Assembly: GCA_025355465.1 (NCBI GenBank)
Contig: JANXZO010000025.1
Span: 6,286-70,285 of the forward strand
Direction of reading: 5' to 3'
DNA from: Bacteroidales bacterium
GTDB taxonomy: Bacteria > Bacteroidota > Bacteroidia > Bacteroidales > FEN-979
DNA: 64,000 nt
The notes below the pieces were generated by a model. That model had not been told where the DNA came from and did not search any database. It saw nothing but the letters and a program-made list of their open reading frames with translations. Positions within the stretch are counted from its first letter, which is position 1. Each line of letters begins with the position of its first letter. Both the position numbers and the translations under genes were made by a program. Positions 18,400 to 29,116 of this stretch are shown piece after piece.

Positions 18400-18517
18400 G
18401 GATTATGCAAGATTACGTGTGATCAGTTGTTACCGTAAAGGTATAAAAAGTGCGGGTCTAAAATACAATCCCATAAAATTGGTAAATTGCAGCCACAAAA
18501 TTGTAAATTCCAATCCG

Positions 18518-19546
18518 ATGAAATTCACTGCAATCCAGATATCGGCCATGCTGAACGGGGTAATTGAAGGCAACCCCGAAGCAACGGTGTCAAAACTTTC
18601 CAAAATTGAGGAAGGTGAACCCGGTTCTCTTACATTCCTTGCCAATCCGCTGTATACACAATATATTTATACCACGGATGCCTCCATAGCCATTGTCGGA
18701 AAATCTTTTGTGGCCGAGCGTCCCGTTAAGGTAACCCTGGTGAAGGTTGACAATCCGGAAATTGCATTTGCAAAGCTTCTTGAGATCTATAACCAGATCA
18801 AAAATAACAAGACAGGAATTTCATCCCTGGCTTTCATTTCGGATTCGGCTGCCATTGGAGAGAATGTCTATGTTGGTGAATTTGCAGTTATCGGAGAAGG
18901 GGTTGTGATCGGCAACAACGTGAAGATACACCCCCATGTGAGTATTGCGGAAAATACGGTTATCGGCGACAACACGATCCTCTTTGCCGGGGTGAAGATA
19001 TATTCTGACAACCAGATCGGAAAGAATTGCGTGATTCATGCAGGAACGGTGATTGGAAGCGACGGATTCAGGTTTGCACAGGGCCCGGAGGGCAACACGA
19101 AAATAGCGCAGATCGGAAATGTGCTGATCGAAGATGATGTGGAAACCGGTGCCAATTGCACGATCGACAGGGCCACTCTGGGGTCGACAATCCTCCGGAA
19201 AGGGGTGAAACTCGACAACCTTGTCCATATTGCCCACAATGTGGAGGTTGGCGAAAATACTGTCATGGCAGCAGGCACGGGTGTAGCAGGTTCGACAAAG
19301 ATCGGGAAGAACTGTCTGATCAGCGGACACGTCTCCTTTACCGGCCATATTACCATTGCTGACGGTACCCAACTGGGCGGCGCCACAGGCGTTTCTAAAA
19401 GTTTAATCAAACCAGGCCAGGCATACCTCGGATCCCCTGCACTGGAGGCAAGCAAGTTCAGGAAATCGTATGTCTATTTTAGAAACTTTCCCGAAATTAT
19501 TGCGCGGCTGGAACGGCTGGAGAAACTCGAAAAAGAGCGGAAATAG
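18518..19546 (+). CDS. lpxD: UDP-3-O-acylglucosamine N-acyltransferase
   Basis: N-terminal MKFTAIQISAMLNGVIEGNPEATVSKLSKIEEGEPGSLTFLANPLYTQY, followed by long hexapeptide (left-handed beta-helix) repeats and a C-terminal helical tail. ATG 18518 is preferred over the ORF-track start 18371. Confidence 0.9.
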   Translation: MKFTAIQISAMLNGVIEGNPEATVSKLSKIEEGEPGSLTFLANPLYTQYIYTTDASIAIVGKSFVAERPVKVTLVKVDNPEIAFAKLLEIYNQIKNNKTGISSLAFISDSAAIGENVYVGEFAVIGEGVVIGNNVKIHPHVSIAENTVIGDNTILFAGVKIYSDNQIGKNCVIHAGTVIGSDGFRFAQGPEGNTKIAQIGNVLIEDDVETGANCTIDRATLGSTILRKGVKLDNLVHIAHNVEVGENTVMAAGTGVAGSTKIGKNCLISGHVSFTGHITIADGTQLGGATGVSKSLIKPGQAYLGSPALEASKFRKSYVYFRNFPEIIARLERLEKLEKERK

Positions 19547-19550
19547 CTGA

Positions 19551-21164
19551 TTAATTCTTTTTCTGGTAAAGTGTACAATAGACTGTTTTGTAGGCCACTA
19601 CAAATTCCGTTGAGAGAATGTGATCGATTTTTTCCCAGTTGTCGGTGTTGACCGGATTGCATCCACCAACCAGGAAAACATAATTTATCTTACGGAACGG
19701 CTTCCCCTTGGTATGTTCAAATTTTATTAGCCTTCGGTGAACGCCCGGGTTTCCCAGGTAGTAATTTGGTTTGTCTTCCTGGTTTGTACGTACCGGAAAA
19801 AAACCTGTTTCGCATTCGTAATTGTAAAGCATCACCATTGGCTTATCGATAGCTATGTAGTCGACAAAATGGCCAATGAACCAGTTGTCCATGCAGTATA
19901 TGGGAAGTAAAACGCTATTCGGAGCTACAAAATCGGATGCCTTGTTGCAGGAGATGGCAATCTGTTCAAGTTCCAGAACTTTGCTCTCTTTCATGCTCAG
20001 GAGTGAAAAGTTGAGGTAGATTGCCAACACTGCCGCCACAAGGCCGGTATAGATGTACAAACGTGAAGCCGCAATCCATAAAATCAGGAGCAGGAAGGCA
20101 ATAAATCCCAGTCGGTAGGTTGTATAACTCGCACTTCCCATCGCATCAGGTAATGTAAAGTACAATCCCATCAGAAATACAATCGACAAAAATATCCAGC
20201 CGGAATAAAATCCGGGCGTGTGATTACTTTCTGAAATTTCTTTTGGTTTGATGATATTCCTGACAAATTTATAGGTGCGGAAGATCAACGCGATAAGAGC
20301 AAAAACCACAATCAACCGAAATAAGAGATACGTAAGTTTTCCCTCCCTGATCCCATCAAAGACGATGAGCGGCTGCATGTTCAGAAGGTTGTTCAGGAGA
20401 GTCTGGAATGGCAGATGGATGATGCCGCCGGAGCCTGGCCGCGACAGAAAAAAGTAGAAGAAAAGCAGCAGCGGTAAGGCTGAGGCAATAACTACCTGAA
20501 TCGATTGCCTGATCAAACCGTCCACTGATTTCCTAAGCCCCTTTTTATTATAGGCGAGATCGTAGAAGGCTGAAGACAGAATGTAGCAGGCAATGATTAC
20601 CAGGAGTGCACCGAAGGCAAGGATATGAGAGAAATAGGTGAGGGTGATCAATCCGGCCAGGCGCAACAGATTCCAGGGTTTTTCCATCACCCCGACCCTC
20701 CTGACCCAGAAGGTAAGCGTGATCAATAAGAAAATTATGGCGATACAGAAGTTGTAAAAACCGAAATAGAAAAACATTGACTGTAGGAACGGGAAAATCA
20801 GATATGCATAAAAAATATTGTTGGGCGCAATCGTCCGAAGGAGGCTGCGGAAAGCAAAAGGTGTTCCGGCCAGCAGGATCAGGAGAAGAATTTTTTCGGC
20901 CAGAAAGGCGGGCAGGATCAACCCGGTAACGGAAAGGATGAGGTGGGCGGTCCAGTTTGGCACCGGCTCCGGATTTATCATGAAGAACTGCCGGATAAGT
21001 TCATTGTGACAAACTATGATCTGGCTGATGATTTTGGCGTTGCTCATGTGCGAAGCGCCGTCGAGGGTAGGAAAAAAGTGCAGCGCAAGAAACGGGTACA
21101 GGTTGAATAGGGTAATCAGGGTGAAAACCAACAATTCAAGCCTTTGTCCGGTCAGTTTTTTCAC
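19551..21164 (-). CDS. Polytopic integral membrane protein, function unknown (N-terminal ~390 aa with more than 10 TM helices plus a C-terminal soluble domain)
   Basis: Hydrophobicity pattern only. The architecture resembles GT-C-like or YfhO-like membrane proteins, but no diagnostic motif was recognised. Confidence 0.55.
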   Translation of the reverse strand: MKKLTGQRLELLVFTLITLFNLYPFLALHFFPTLDGASHMSNAKIISQIIVCHNELIRQFFMINPEPVPNWTAHLILSVTGLILPAFLAEKILLLILLAGTPFAFRSLLRTIAPNNIFYAYLIFPFLQSMFFYFGFYNFCIAIIFLLITLTFWVRRVGVMEKPWNLLRLAGLITLTYFSHILAFGALLVIIACYILSSAFYDLAYNKKGLRKSVDGLIRQSIQVVIASALPLLLFFYFFLSRPGSGGIIHLPFQTLLNNLLNMQPLIVFDGIREGKLTYLLFRLIVVFALIALIFRTYKFVRNIIKPKEISESNHTPGFYSGWIFLSIVFLMGLYFTLPDAMGSASYTTYRLGFIAFLLLILWIAASRLYIYTGLVAAVLAIYLNFSLLSMKESKVLELEQIAISCNKASDFVAPNSVLLPIYCMDNWFIGHFVDYIAIDKPMVMLYNYECETGFFPVRTNQEDKPNYYLGNPGVHRRLIKFEHTKGKPFRKINYVFLVGGCNPVNTDNWEKIDHILSTEFVVAYKTVYCTLYQKKN

Positions 21165-21193
21165 AGTCTCAACTTTGGTTAAACAAATGGCAT

Positions 21194-23326
21194 TCAGGAC
21201 TTATCTGACTGGAATAGCAAAAAATCCTTGATCAGCGGAATCTCTTCTGCATGAATTCCTTTATGCACCAGATAATTTGCATCTTCATCAAAAGCAGCAA
21301 TAAGTTCGTCAATTCCGGGTATTGGGGCTGACAGTGACCGGCTGTAAAAATCAAACGCTTTTTTGCGATCGCCCAGGCAGAGCGCGGTATGTCCTGCATT
21401 CATCAGGTCATAAGCCGAAGGCTCACCGGTTGCAGCAAGCAGTTTATCATATTCTTCTCTGGCCTGCTGCAGTTTGCCAAGTATAAAATGACACCAGGCA
21501 AGCGGTCTGAGCAGTTTGAGATTTTCGGGATTAAAAAATCGCAACTTGGTGTAAACCTGTTCTGCCTGTTCAAAATCTTTCAGGTTCAGGTAACACTGTG
21601 CCACCTGCCCCTGCAGGGTTAGGTCTTCCGGCTGTATAGATGCAGCGTCACGGAAATATCCAAGTGCCTGATCGTAATCCTTAAGTTTTAAACAGCACCA
21701 TCCCAGTTTTTTCAAAATCCACAAACGGTCGGAATCGAACAGTTCTGCCATTTTATAATACTCCACTGCCTTTTTATAACGACCCAGTTTCTGGTAGCAG
21801 TATCCGATTTTCTCATAGTATTCTCCTGAGGGTGTAGTGTTTTCGATGATATATTCGTACATTCCGATGGCTTCGTAAAAGTGGTCCCGGTCGAAATAAA
21901 ATGAAGCCAGGCGGGCAGTAAATCCTTCGCGGTAAAAAAAGTTCCTGTAAAAATGGAGCTCACGGAATTGAATATGCTGCTGAAAAATATCGGTAAACTC
22001 CTGGCGTAATGGGTACAACTTGAAAAACCGGTACAGGTCCTGGATGTATTGGATGAACACGGCGTTTGCCGACAACGACTGGTCCAGCATCTGCTCCTCC
22101 GAGGCCATCTCCTGCATCTGGTTGAATTCAGCTTCGAAGTTTGTCACGATCATGGTGCGCTGCTGAACCGGAATGGCTTGAAAATTCAGGGCAAATGAGT
22201 ATTTATCGGAGTTGCAGATATAAAATGCCTTTTCGAGACTTTCTAGCAGTCTGATATTAATTTCCTCTGTTTCGGAGAACGGTTTACTGATTCCGGGGTG
22301 ATCGCGGTGGAATGGTGCAAACCAGTTGCTCATGAGGTTAAAGAAATCGAATCGCTTCAACTGCTGAAATGTGCTCATGAACACATCCCCGCCCTCCATC
22401 TGCATCTTCGAAAATTTCTCGATCTTCTCAAAAAGACCGGGAACCTCCTCCACCATATCCTTCCAGCCGGGGTTCTTCCCCTCCATGTCTTCATCCTCCG
22501 ATTTATCGTCGAGCTGGAGTTTGTCTTCTATCCGCGGCATCATTTTTTTCATCTCAGGAAGGACCTCCTCCTCGAATTCGCGGGTGATCTTCTCAGTCTC
22601 TTTGGCCATAAGCAACTGAATGAGGATCAATTCCATGTCGTTGCCAACTGTTTCATCCAGGCTGAGACCGCGCAACCTGTCATTCAGTTCCGGATAGAAT
22701 CCGACTCGTTTGTCGTAGGTAAGCAGCGACAAAATGACTCCGGTAAGCGCACGTTGCCGTACATTTGCCTCTCCATGCTCAATAAATTCGATAAGCAGGA
22801 TGAACTTATGAAGGTCGAAATAGCCAAGTAAACTGAGGGTAAGGGCACTCACGGCCAGACATTTTCTGTGCCATTCGATCGTTGCGGAGCTGTTCAGCTT
22901 ACGTAAATATCCAATCTGCGACTCATCCATCTTTTCGATGAGCCAGATAATTTTGAACAGGTCGTCGTCAGTTTCAGCAGTGACCAGCGGGTGTTCACCA
23001 AATTTCCGGGCAAGTACAAGCTTTTCGGTTTTTCTCAGCGAGAGTTCGGTGTCGGTCAGCGATTGCCTGATTTCATCTGCCATTCCCAACATTGTAGCGC
23101 AAAGTCCGTTGAGTATTGCTCTTTGTTGCTGGTCCTGGTAACCTTCAAACGCGTAGCGAAGCAACGTTTTATAGTTGTCGGAAAGGGTTTCGAGCTCGTA
23201 GAAATAATCTGGCTTGCTGCTAAACCTTACAAATCGCGACAGTTCATCAAGCGCAGCCTTAAGACGCTGATTGTATATATGTTCACAGATTTTATTGTAA
23301 CGTTGATCGGTCTCTTTACGGGTCAT
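21194..23326 (-). CDS. Tetratricopeptide-repeat protein (710 aa)
   Basis: The C-terminal third holds consecutive TPR units (YYEKIGYCYQKLGRYKKAVEYYKMA, LKKLGWCCLKLKDYDQALGYFRDA, QGQVAQCYLNLKDFEQAEQVY, and others). It lies 29 nt upstream of the membrane protein gene. Confidence 0.7.
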   Translation of the reverse strand: MTRKETDQRYNKICEHIYNQRLKAALDELSRFVRFSSKPDYFYELETLSDNYKTLLRYAFEGYQDQQQRAILNGLCATMLGMADEIRQSLTDTELSLRKTEKLVLARKFGEHPLVTAETDDDLFKIIWLIEKMDESQIGYLRKLNSSATIEWHRKCLAVSALTLSLLGYFDLHKFILLIEFIEHGEANVRQRALTGVILSLLTYDKRVGFYPELNDRLRGLSLDETVGNDMELILIQLLMAKETEKITREFEEEVLPEMKKMMPRIEDKLQLDDKSEDEDMEGKNPGWKDMVEEVPGLFEKIEKFSKMQMEGGDVFMSTFQQLKRFDFFNLMSNWFAPFHRDHPGISKPFSETEEINIRLLESLEKAFYICNSDKYSFALNFQAIPVQQRTMIVTNFEAEFNQMQEMASEEQMLDQSLSANAVFIQYIQDLYRFFKLYPLRQEFTDIFQQHIQFRELHFYRNFFYREGFTARLASFYFDRDHFYEAIGMYEYIIENTTPSGEYYEKIGYCYQKLGRYKKAVEYYKMAELFDSDRLWILKKLGWCCLKLKDYDQALGYFRDAASIQPEDLTLQGQVAQCYLNLKDFEQAEQVYTKLRFFNPENLKLLRPLAWCHFILGKLQQAREEYDKLLAATGEPSAYDLMNAGHTALCLGDRKKAFDFYSRSLSAPIPGIDELIAAFDEDANYLVHKGIHAEEIPLIKDFLLFQSDKS

Positions 23327-23348
23327 GAAATAGTTGTCATCACGCTGT

Positions 23349-23356
23349 CAAAGTTA
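23349..23356 (-). promoter_or_regulatory. Bacteroidota-type -7 promoter box for the TPR/membrane-protein pair
   Basis: The minus strand reads TAACTTTG (TAnnTTTG), 23 nt upstream of the start codon at 23326. Confidence 0.3.
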
Positions 23357-23388
23357 CCTAATTTTCGGAACATTGGCGATTTGAACCT

Positions 23389-24552
23389 TCAGAATCTGAC
23401 GCCGGTGGTGAGTGTAAAGGCCTGGAAGATGTCGCTGGTATTACCGTAGAAGACATTATTGTCCTGGTTTGCCATCAGGTGGCGGTACTCGAGCCGCACG
23501 TAGCCTATCTGAACAGGCCTGTATTCGGCCCCAACGGTAAAGCCCTGCATGTTTAAACCGGTAATTTTTCCCTTCACAAGATATTTTCCGGAGAGAAATC
23601 CGTCAGGGTCATCGAAGAACTGATATTGAGCAGTGATTGAAAAATGCTCATTAAATCTATATTGTGCCATCAGAAAGCCGGAAAGCATAACCGCGGTTTT
23701 TGCGGTATCAGGCGCAATTCCGGAATTCGTTTGTCCGGCAAAATCAAATTGTCCGGTAATTTCGACCTGCTTTATAGGTCGATAGATGACAATCAGGTTG
23801 TTGTAGAGGATGTTATTTTTTATCTCTGCATCGACCAGTGCCTGGTTGCCCCAGAAATTATTGTAGGTGATGGTCAGCTGCTTTACAGGATGGTAGTTAA
23901 GGAAAATGATTCCGGCCATATGGGTGTTTTTACCGTACGCCAGAGAGAATGGATTTCCAACCATCATCCCAAAATTTAATTTGTCGTTTACCTTGTACGA
24001 GAGCTTAACCCCGAGAAGACTTCCGGGTTCAAAATATCCTCCGGTGGTTACTGTACTTATCTGGTTCAGGGCTGACCAGGAGGATTCAACACCGATGGGG
24101 TTGAAAATGTAACCAAAATCTGCCCAGAGGTTCTTTACGATGCGAAAACCAAAATTGGCCTGCCGAAGGTATTTAATAAATTGTGCATCGGGTGAGGCGA
24201 GCAGGTTTGGTGCATCGCCATACTGAATAGCCAGTTTACCTCTTACTTTATCTGCGCTGTAGTAGATTTCGAAGGCTGCATGGTTAACCCGGACCTGGTT
24301 TTGGACGGGTGAATTGCTAGAGAATGGGATGATGGTACTTGTGTCATCCTTGTTGCCGAGGGTCCAGTTATAATACGTGTCGATATAAAACCCGATGGTG
24401 AAATGCTGGAAGTGGTTCAGAATTTTCGAACGCAGTTCATCGGTTATCGTGTCTGCATTGATCTGGGCTTTTAGTGGTGAAGCAGAAAAGCAGAGCAGGA
24501 ACAGAACCATCCCGACACTGGTTTTTAGGAATAATCCAGGTTTGTAGTCCAT
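23389..24552 (-). CDS. Outer-membrane beta-barrel porin (OmpL-like / putative porin-2 type)
   Basis: Signal peptide ending PLKAQ, alternating beta-strand pattern throughout, and the terminal sequence TLTTGVRF (aromatic C-terminus). It lies 9 nt downstream of the outer-membrane-factor gene. Confidence 0.65.
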   Translation of the reverse strand: MDYKPGLFLKTSVGMVLFLLCFSASPLKAQINADTITDELRSKILNHFQHFTIGFYIDTYYNWTLGNKDDTSTIIPFSSNSPVQNQVRVNHAAFEIYYSADKVRGKLAIQYGDAPNLLASPDAQFIKYLRQANFGFRIVKNLWADFGYIFNPIGVESSWSALNQISTVTTGGYFEPGSLLGVKLSYKVNDKLNFGMMVGNPFSLAYGKNTHMAGIIFLNYHPVKQLTITYNNFWGNQALVDAEIKNNILYNNLIVIYRPIKQVEITGQFDFAGQTNSGIAPDTAKTAVMLSGFLMAQYRFNEHFSITAQYQFFDDPDGFLSGKYLVKGKITGLNMQGFTVGAEYRPVQIGYVRLEYRHLMANQDNNVFYGNTSDIFQAFTLTTGVRF

Positions 24553-24561
24553 AGTTCGAGA

Positions 24562-25923
24562 TTATTTCCATCCGCCACCCAAAGCTGTATACAAGGTGAT
24601 AACGGAGGTGAGTTCGTTGCTCTGGGCCTGCGACAGGTTGACCTGTGACGAGAATAGCAGGGCCTGTGCCTGAATCACATCGAGATAGCTGGCATACCCG
24701 GCATTGTATAACTGATTTGAAAGATCAAATGCAGTTTGGGCGGCATTTACAGTAATTTGCTGGCTTGCCACGATCTCCTTCATCTTATTAACTTCAAGTA
24801 TGGCATTGGAAACCTCTTTCAGTGATTTGTTGATGGTTTGCAGATAGGTGTAGAGAATCTCCTGCTTATAACCCTGGGCTTTTTTTACCCCGGCCCGCAG
24901 CTGACCTCCGCCGAAAATCGGGGCGATAAGGTTACCTAATGCATTATATGCAAATTGCGTGGGATTAAATATAGCGCCGGCATTACCGGAAATACTGAGA
25001 GAAGGTAACATCATGGCGCGTGCAACCCCGATGTTGGCATTCGCAGCAACCAGGGTTTGTTCGGCCTGGATGATATCAGGACGGCGTACAATCAGGGCAG
25101 GCGCAATGCCGGGTGTTTTGATTCCCGGCATGTTGATCTGGTCAAGCATTGGCCGTCCACGTGGGATTGAATGCGGAGCCTCGCCCAGCAAGGTGCTGAG
25201 GGAATTTTCTTCCTGGCCTACCTGCATTTCCAGTTTCGGAACTTCGGTTTCTGCCAGTGCGAGTTCTGCCTCAGCCTGTGCAACCACAAGACCGGAGGCA
25301 GTTCCTGCGATCAGTTTGGCTCTGACCAGTTCAAGGGACTTTTGCCTGATTACGATGTTTTCCTGAACGATCCTCAATTCGTTATCAAACTCAAGCAGGT
25401 TGAAATAGCTTGAAACAATGTTGTAAATGAGCGAAATTCTGACCGCCTGCTGGTAAGCAATCTGTCCTAAAAGGTTGGCGCGGGCTGCCTCCTTTGAACG
25501 GCGGAGTTTACCCCACAAGTCAATTTCCCAGCTGATCCCTGCCATGGCTGAATAGGAGGTGTTCCCCGGGCTTCCAGGTTCCTGATAGGCTGCCTGGGCA
25601 GTAGCCGAAATCTGCGGCCATTGCTTGCCCCGTTCGATCTTGAAGCTGGCCCTCGCCTGTTCGATCCGTGCAAAAGCAATCCGGATGTCGTAATTGTTTT
25701 GCAGTCCGGTCGTGATTAGTCGCTGTAAAACCGTATCCCTGAATAATTTCACCCATTCGATATTGGCCATGCTGGCAGTATCACCGCTGCTGGCAAAACG
25801 GAAAAGGCTGTCAGTTTTAACAACAGGACGTTTATAGTTTGGTCCCACTTTGCATCCGGTAAGTCCGGCGAACATGGCAACGAACAGGATAAGGAAGAGA
25901 AGTTTTGTATTTTTAGGAATCAT
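24562..25923 (-). CDS. RND efflux outer-membrane factor lipoprotein (NodT/TolC family)
   Basis: Lipobox LTGC followed by KVGPNYKRP, the canonical NodT N-terminus. Two TolC-like repeat halves. Ends in LYTALGGGW. Confidence 0.9.
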   Translation of the reverse strand: MIPKNTKLLFLILFVAMFAGLTGCKVGPNYKRPVVKTDSLFRFASSGDTASMANIEWVKLFRDTVLQRLITTGLQNNYDIRIAFARIEQARASFKIERGKQWPQISATAQAAYQEPGSPGNTSYSAMAGISWEIDLWGKLRRSKEAARANLLGQIAYQQAVRISLIYNIVSSYFNLLEFDNELRIVQENIVIRQKSLELVRAKLIAGTASGLVVAQAEAELALAETEVPKLEMQVGQEENSLSTLLGEAPHSIPRGRPMLDQINMPGIKTPGIAPALIVRRPDIIQAEQTLVAANANIGVARAMMLPSLSISGNAGAIFNPTQFAYNALGNLIAPIFGGGQLRAGVKKAQGYKQEILYTYLQTINKSLKEVSNAILEVNKMKEIVASQQITVNAAQTAFDLSNQLYNAGYASYLDVIQAQALLFSSQVNLSQAQSNELTSVITLYTALGGGWK

Positions 25924-25969
25924 ATCAGTTTACGATTGATGAGGTATGATTTTCTGATTTTTGGTCTCG

Positions 25970-28900
25970 CTATTTCACTATTTTTTTCTTCATCCTGTTT
26001 TCCAGTTTCTGAAATGCCACATACAGAGAAGGAACGACAAGTACTCCGCAGATTGTTGCCATAAGCATGCCTCCGAAAACCGAAGTTCCCAGCGCATGAC
26101 GGCTGGCGGCGCCGGCTCCTGCTGCGGTCATTAGGGGAACAACCCCCAGGATAAAAGCAAAAGAGGTCATGAGAATGGGCCGGAACCTGAGTTTGGCACC
26201 CTCCCTGGCTGCTTCGAAGAGCGGCATTCCCCCTTCATATTTTAATTTGGCAAACTCCACGATCAGGATTGCATTTTTGGCCACAAGTCCGATGAGCATG
26301 ATGAGACCGATTTGTGCATAAATGTTGTTCTGAAGGCCGCGTGCCCACTGCAGCCCGAAGGCGCCAAACACCCCAAATGGGATAGCCAGCAATACCGGGA
26401 CCGGCAGTAGCCAGCTTTCGTATTTGGCAGCCAGCAGGAAATAGACAAATATGAAACACAGGGCGAAAATATAAGGAGCCTGGCCACCCGACGTAATTTC
26501 TTCACGTGTCATCCCCGAGTATTCATATCCGAAGCCGTATGGCAATGTCTTTGCAGCAACCTCCTTCACAGCGGCAATGCCGAGTCCGGTTGAAGAACCG
26601 GGAGGAATTCCAATCGTGAAATCGGCCGAGCTGTAAAGGTTGAACCGTTTCACTACATCCGGACCCTGCGTGGGGGTGATGCTGACCAGGGTTCCGAGCG
26701 GAATCATTTCGCCCGTGTTACTCCTTACATAAACTTTGGTAATGTCCTCCTTGTTGGCACGATAAATCGCATCAGCCTGGATGATCACCCGGTAGGATTT
26801 CCCGAATTTGTTGAAATCATTCACGTAATAACTTCCGAAAAGGCTCTGAAGCGTAGAATAAATGGTGTTGATCGGAACGCCCATCACCTTCGCCTTCTTT
26901 TTGTCCACCGTAAGCAGGAATTGCGGGATGTCATTGCGGAAAGAGGTGAATGGAGAGGAGACCGCTTTACTTTGAGAAATGGCTGAATAAAAGGCGCCAA
27001 CCACCTGGGTTGTTTTTTCGAGGCCAGCTCCCGATTTGTCTTCGATCTGAAGCTCCAACCCTCCGGTTTTTCCCATACCGGATATGGCCGGTGCATTGAA
27101 TGCCATACAAATGCCGCCTGCAATGTGGTTGAATTTTGCCTGAACACGCTGAATTATTTTTTCCACATGCATCGAGTCAACTTCCCGTTCCTTCCAGGGT
27201 TTCAGTTTTACGAAGGCCATCCCGTTGGTGGTGCTCACCGAGTTGTCGAGAATACTGTATCCCGGGATGGTGGTATAAGATTCCACACCCGGGGTTTTTG
27301 ACAGGATTTCTTCCACCTGCCGCATCACAGCGTCTGTCTTCTCCAGCGCATAGGCTTTGGGTGCGGCGATGTTGATAAAGAAATACCCCTGGTCTTCGGA
27401 CGGAAGGAAACCGCTGGGCAGAAATTTCATGACGAAGATGCACAACACACAAATCAGCGCCAGGAACATGACCGGACGGGAGAGATGGTGCGTGAAATTT
27501 TCAACAATCTTCACATACCCGTGGGTGGTTTTGTCAAAGCCTTTATCGAAAGCCATGAAGAATTTTCCCAACAACCCTTTTTTCTGTTGCTTTTTCTTCA
27601 AAAGGAGGACACAAAGCGGCGGTGTAAGGGTAAGTGCAAGTAACGCAGAGATGAGGATGGAAGAGATGAGGGTTAAGGCAAACTGTTTGTACATCACACC
27701 CGTAGTTCCGCCAAGGAAGGATACCGGGATAAAGACCGCACACAACACCATGGTGATGGTAAGAATGGCCCCGGTGATCTCTTTCATGGTATGCTTGGTA
27801 GCCTCCAATGGCGTGAGTCCTTCCGCATCGATTTTCTCCTGGACCGCTTCCAGCACAACAATGGCATCATCCACTACAATTCCGATGGCAAGTACAAGTG
27901 CAAAAAGGGTAAGCATGTTGATGGAAAATCCAAGAAAGGCAAAAGCGGCCAGCGCACCTATCAGGGAGACAGGTACCGTAATGGCCGGGATGAGTGTGGC
28001 ACGCCAGTCCTGAAGGAAAACGAAAACAACGATGAATACGAGGATGAACGCCTCCATCAGGGTTACGAGCACTTCGTCAATGGAGGCTGAAACGAATTCA
28101 ACGGTATCAAGACCTTTCTCAAATGTAATTCCGATCGGAAACTCCTTTGCCAGCTCCCTCATGGTTTTGTCACACTCATCGCGCACGGCAACGGCATTGG
28201 AGCCGGGCGACTGGTAAATAGCGATACATGGCGCCATTTTCCCGTTGAAGCGACCGTTGGCATCATACGTTTTCATACCCAACTCAATGCGGGCAATGTC
28301 TTTCATCTTTACCAGCGATCCGTCTTTGTTCGATTTTACGATGATATCGGCGAACTGCGATTCGTCCACCAGACGGCCCTGAACACGCAACATGATCGAC
28401 ATTTCCTGTCCCATGGCCGCCGGGTTTTTGCCGATCTGACCGGCTGCAGCCTGCACGTTCTGATCTTTGATCGCCGATTGAACATCCTGAACGGTGATAC
28501 CGTAGCCTGCCATTCGTTCCGGATTAAGCCAGAGACGCATGGAGTAATCATCCCCGCCGAACAGGTTCACGTCGCCCACTCCGCTGATCCGTTTGAGGAC
28601 GTTCACAATATTTATGTTCAGATAATTGGCGAGAAATTTTGTGTCGTAGGCGGTATCGTTCGATACAAGGGAATAAAGAAGGAGGATGCTCGGCGATTTT
28701 TTCATGACAGTAACGCCACCCTGGATGACTTCGGCAGGCAACACGTTCATGGCACGCTGGGTGCGGTTTTGAACGTTTACCGTTGCCATATCCGGATCGG
28801 TTCCCACTGAAAAATAAACCGTGATGTTGCAGGAGCCGTCGTTGGCACACTGCGAAGTCATATAGGTCATGTTGTCAACGCCGTTGATCTGCTCTTCCAG

Positions 28901-29092
28901 GGGTGTAGCGACAGTTTTCTGCACATCTTCTGCATTGGCACCCGGGTAATATGCAGTTACCTGGATGGTGGGAGGAACCACATCAGGGTATTGTGAGATC
29001 GGCAGGGTCATCATGCTCAGTATCCCAACCAGGGATATCAGGATGGCAATGACGGATGAAAGGATCGGGCGGGTTATGAAGGACTGCAACAT
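25970..29092 (-). CDS. RND multidrug efflux permease (HAE1, AcrB/MexB-like)
   Basis: 1040 aa with 12-TM topology and two large periplasmic loops. Motifs FITRPILSSVIAI, GIVVDDAIVVLE and ILMTSFAFILGVVPL. Confidence 0.95.
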   Translation of the reverse strand: MLQSFITRPILSSVIAILISLVGILSMMTLPISQYPDVVPPTIQVTAYYPGANAEDVQKTVATPLEEQINGVDNMTYMTSQCANDGSCNITVYFSVGTDPDMATVNVQNRTQRAMNVLPAEVIQGGVTVMKKSPSILLLYSLVSNDTAYDTKFLANYLNINIVNVLKRISGVGDVNLFGGDDYSMRLWLNPERMAGYGITVQDVQSAIKDQNVQAAAGQIGKNPAAMGQEMSIMLRVQGRLVDESQFADIIVKSNKDGSLVKMKDIARIELGMKTYDANGRFNGKMAPCIAIYQSPGSNAVAVRDECDKTMRELAKEFPIGITFEKGLDTVEFVSASIDEVLVTLMEAFILVFIVVFVFLQDWRATLIPAITVPVSLIGALAAFAFLGFSINMLTLFALVLAIGIVVDDAIVVLEAVQEKIDAEGLTPLEATKHTMKEITGAILTITMVLCAVFIPVSFLGGTTGVMYKQFALTLISSILISALLALTLTPPLCVLLLKKKQQKKGLLGKFFMAFDKGFDKTTHGYVKIVENFTHHLSRPVMFLALICVLCIFVMKFLPSGFLPSEDQGYFFINIAAPKAYALEKTDAVMRQVEEILSKTPGVESYTTIPGYSILDNSVSTTNGMAFVKLKPWKEREVDSMHVEKIIQRVQAKFNHIAGGICMAFNAPAISGMGKTGGLELQIEDKSGAGLEKTTQVVGAFYSAISQSKAVSSPFTSFRNDIPQFLLTVDKKKAKVMGVPINTIYSTLQSLFGSYYVNDFNKFGKSYRVIIQADAIYRANKEDITKVYVRSNTGEMIPLGTLVSITPTQGPDVVKRFNLYSSADFTIGIPPGSSTGLGIAAVKEVAAKTLPYGFGYEYSGMTREEITSGGQAPYIFALCFIFVYFLLAAKYESWLLPVPVLLAIPFGVFGAFGLQWARGLQNNIYAQIGLIMLIGLVAKNAILIVEFAKLKYEGGMPLFEAAREGAKLRFRPILMTSFAFILGVVPLMTAAGAGAASRHALGTSVFGGMLMATICGVLVVPSLYVAFQKLENRMKKKIVK

Positions 29093-29116
29093 AGAATTCG
29101 ATTTAGGGGATGCGAT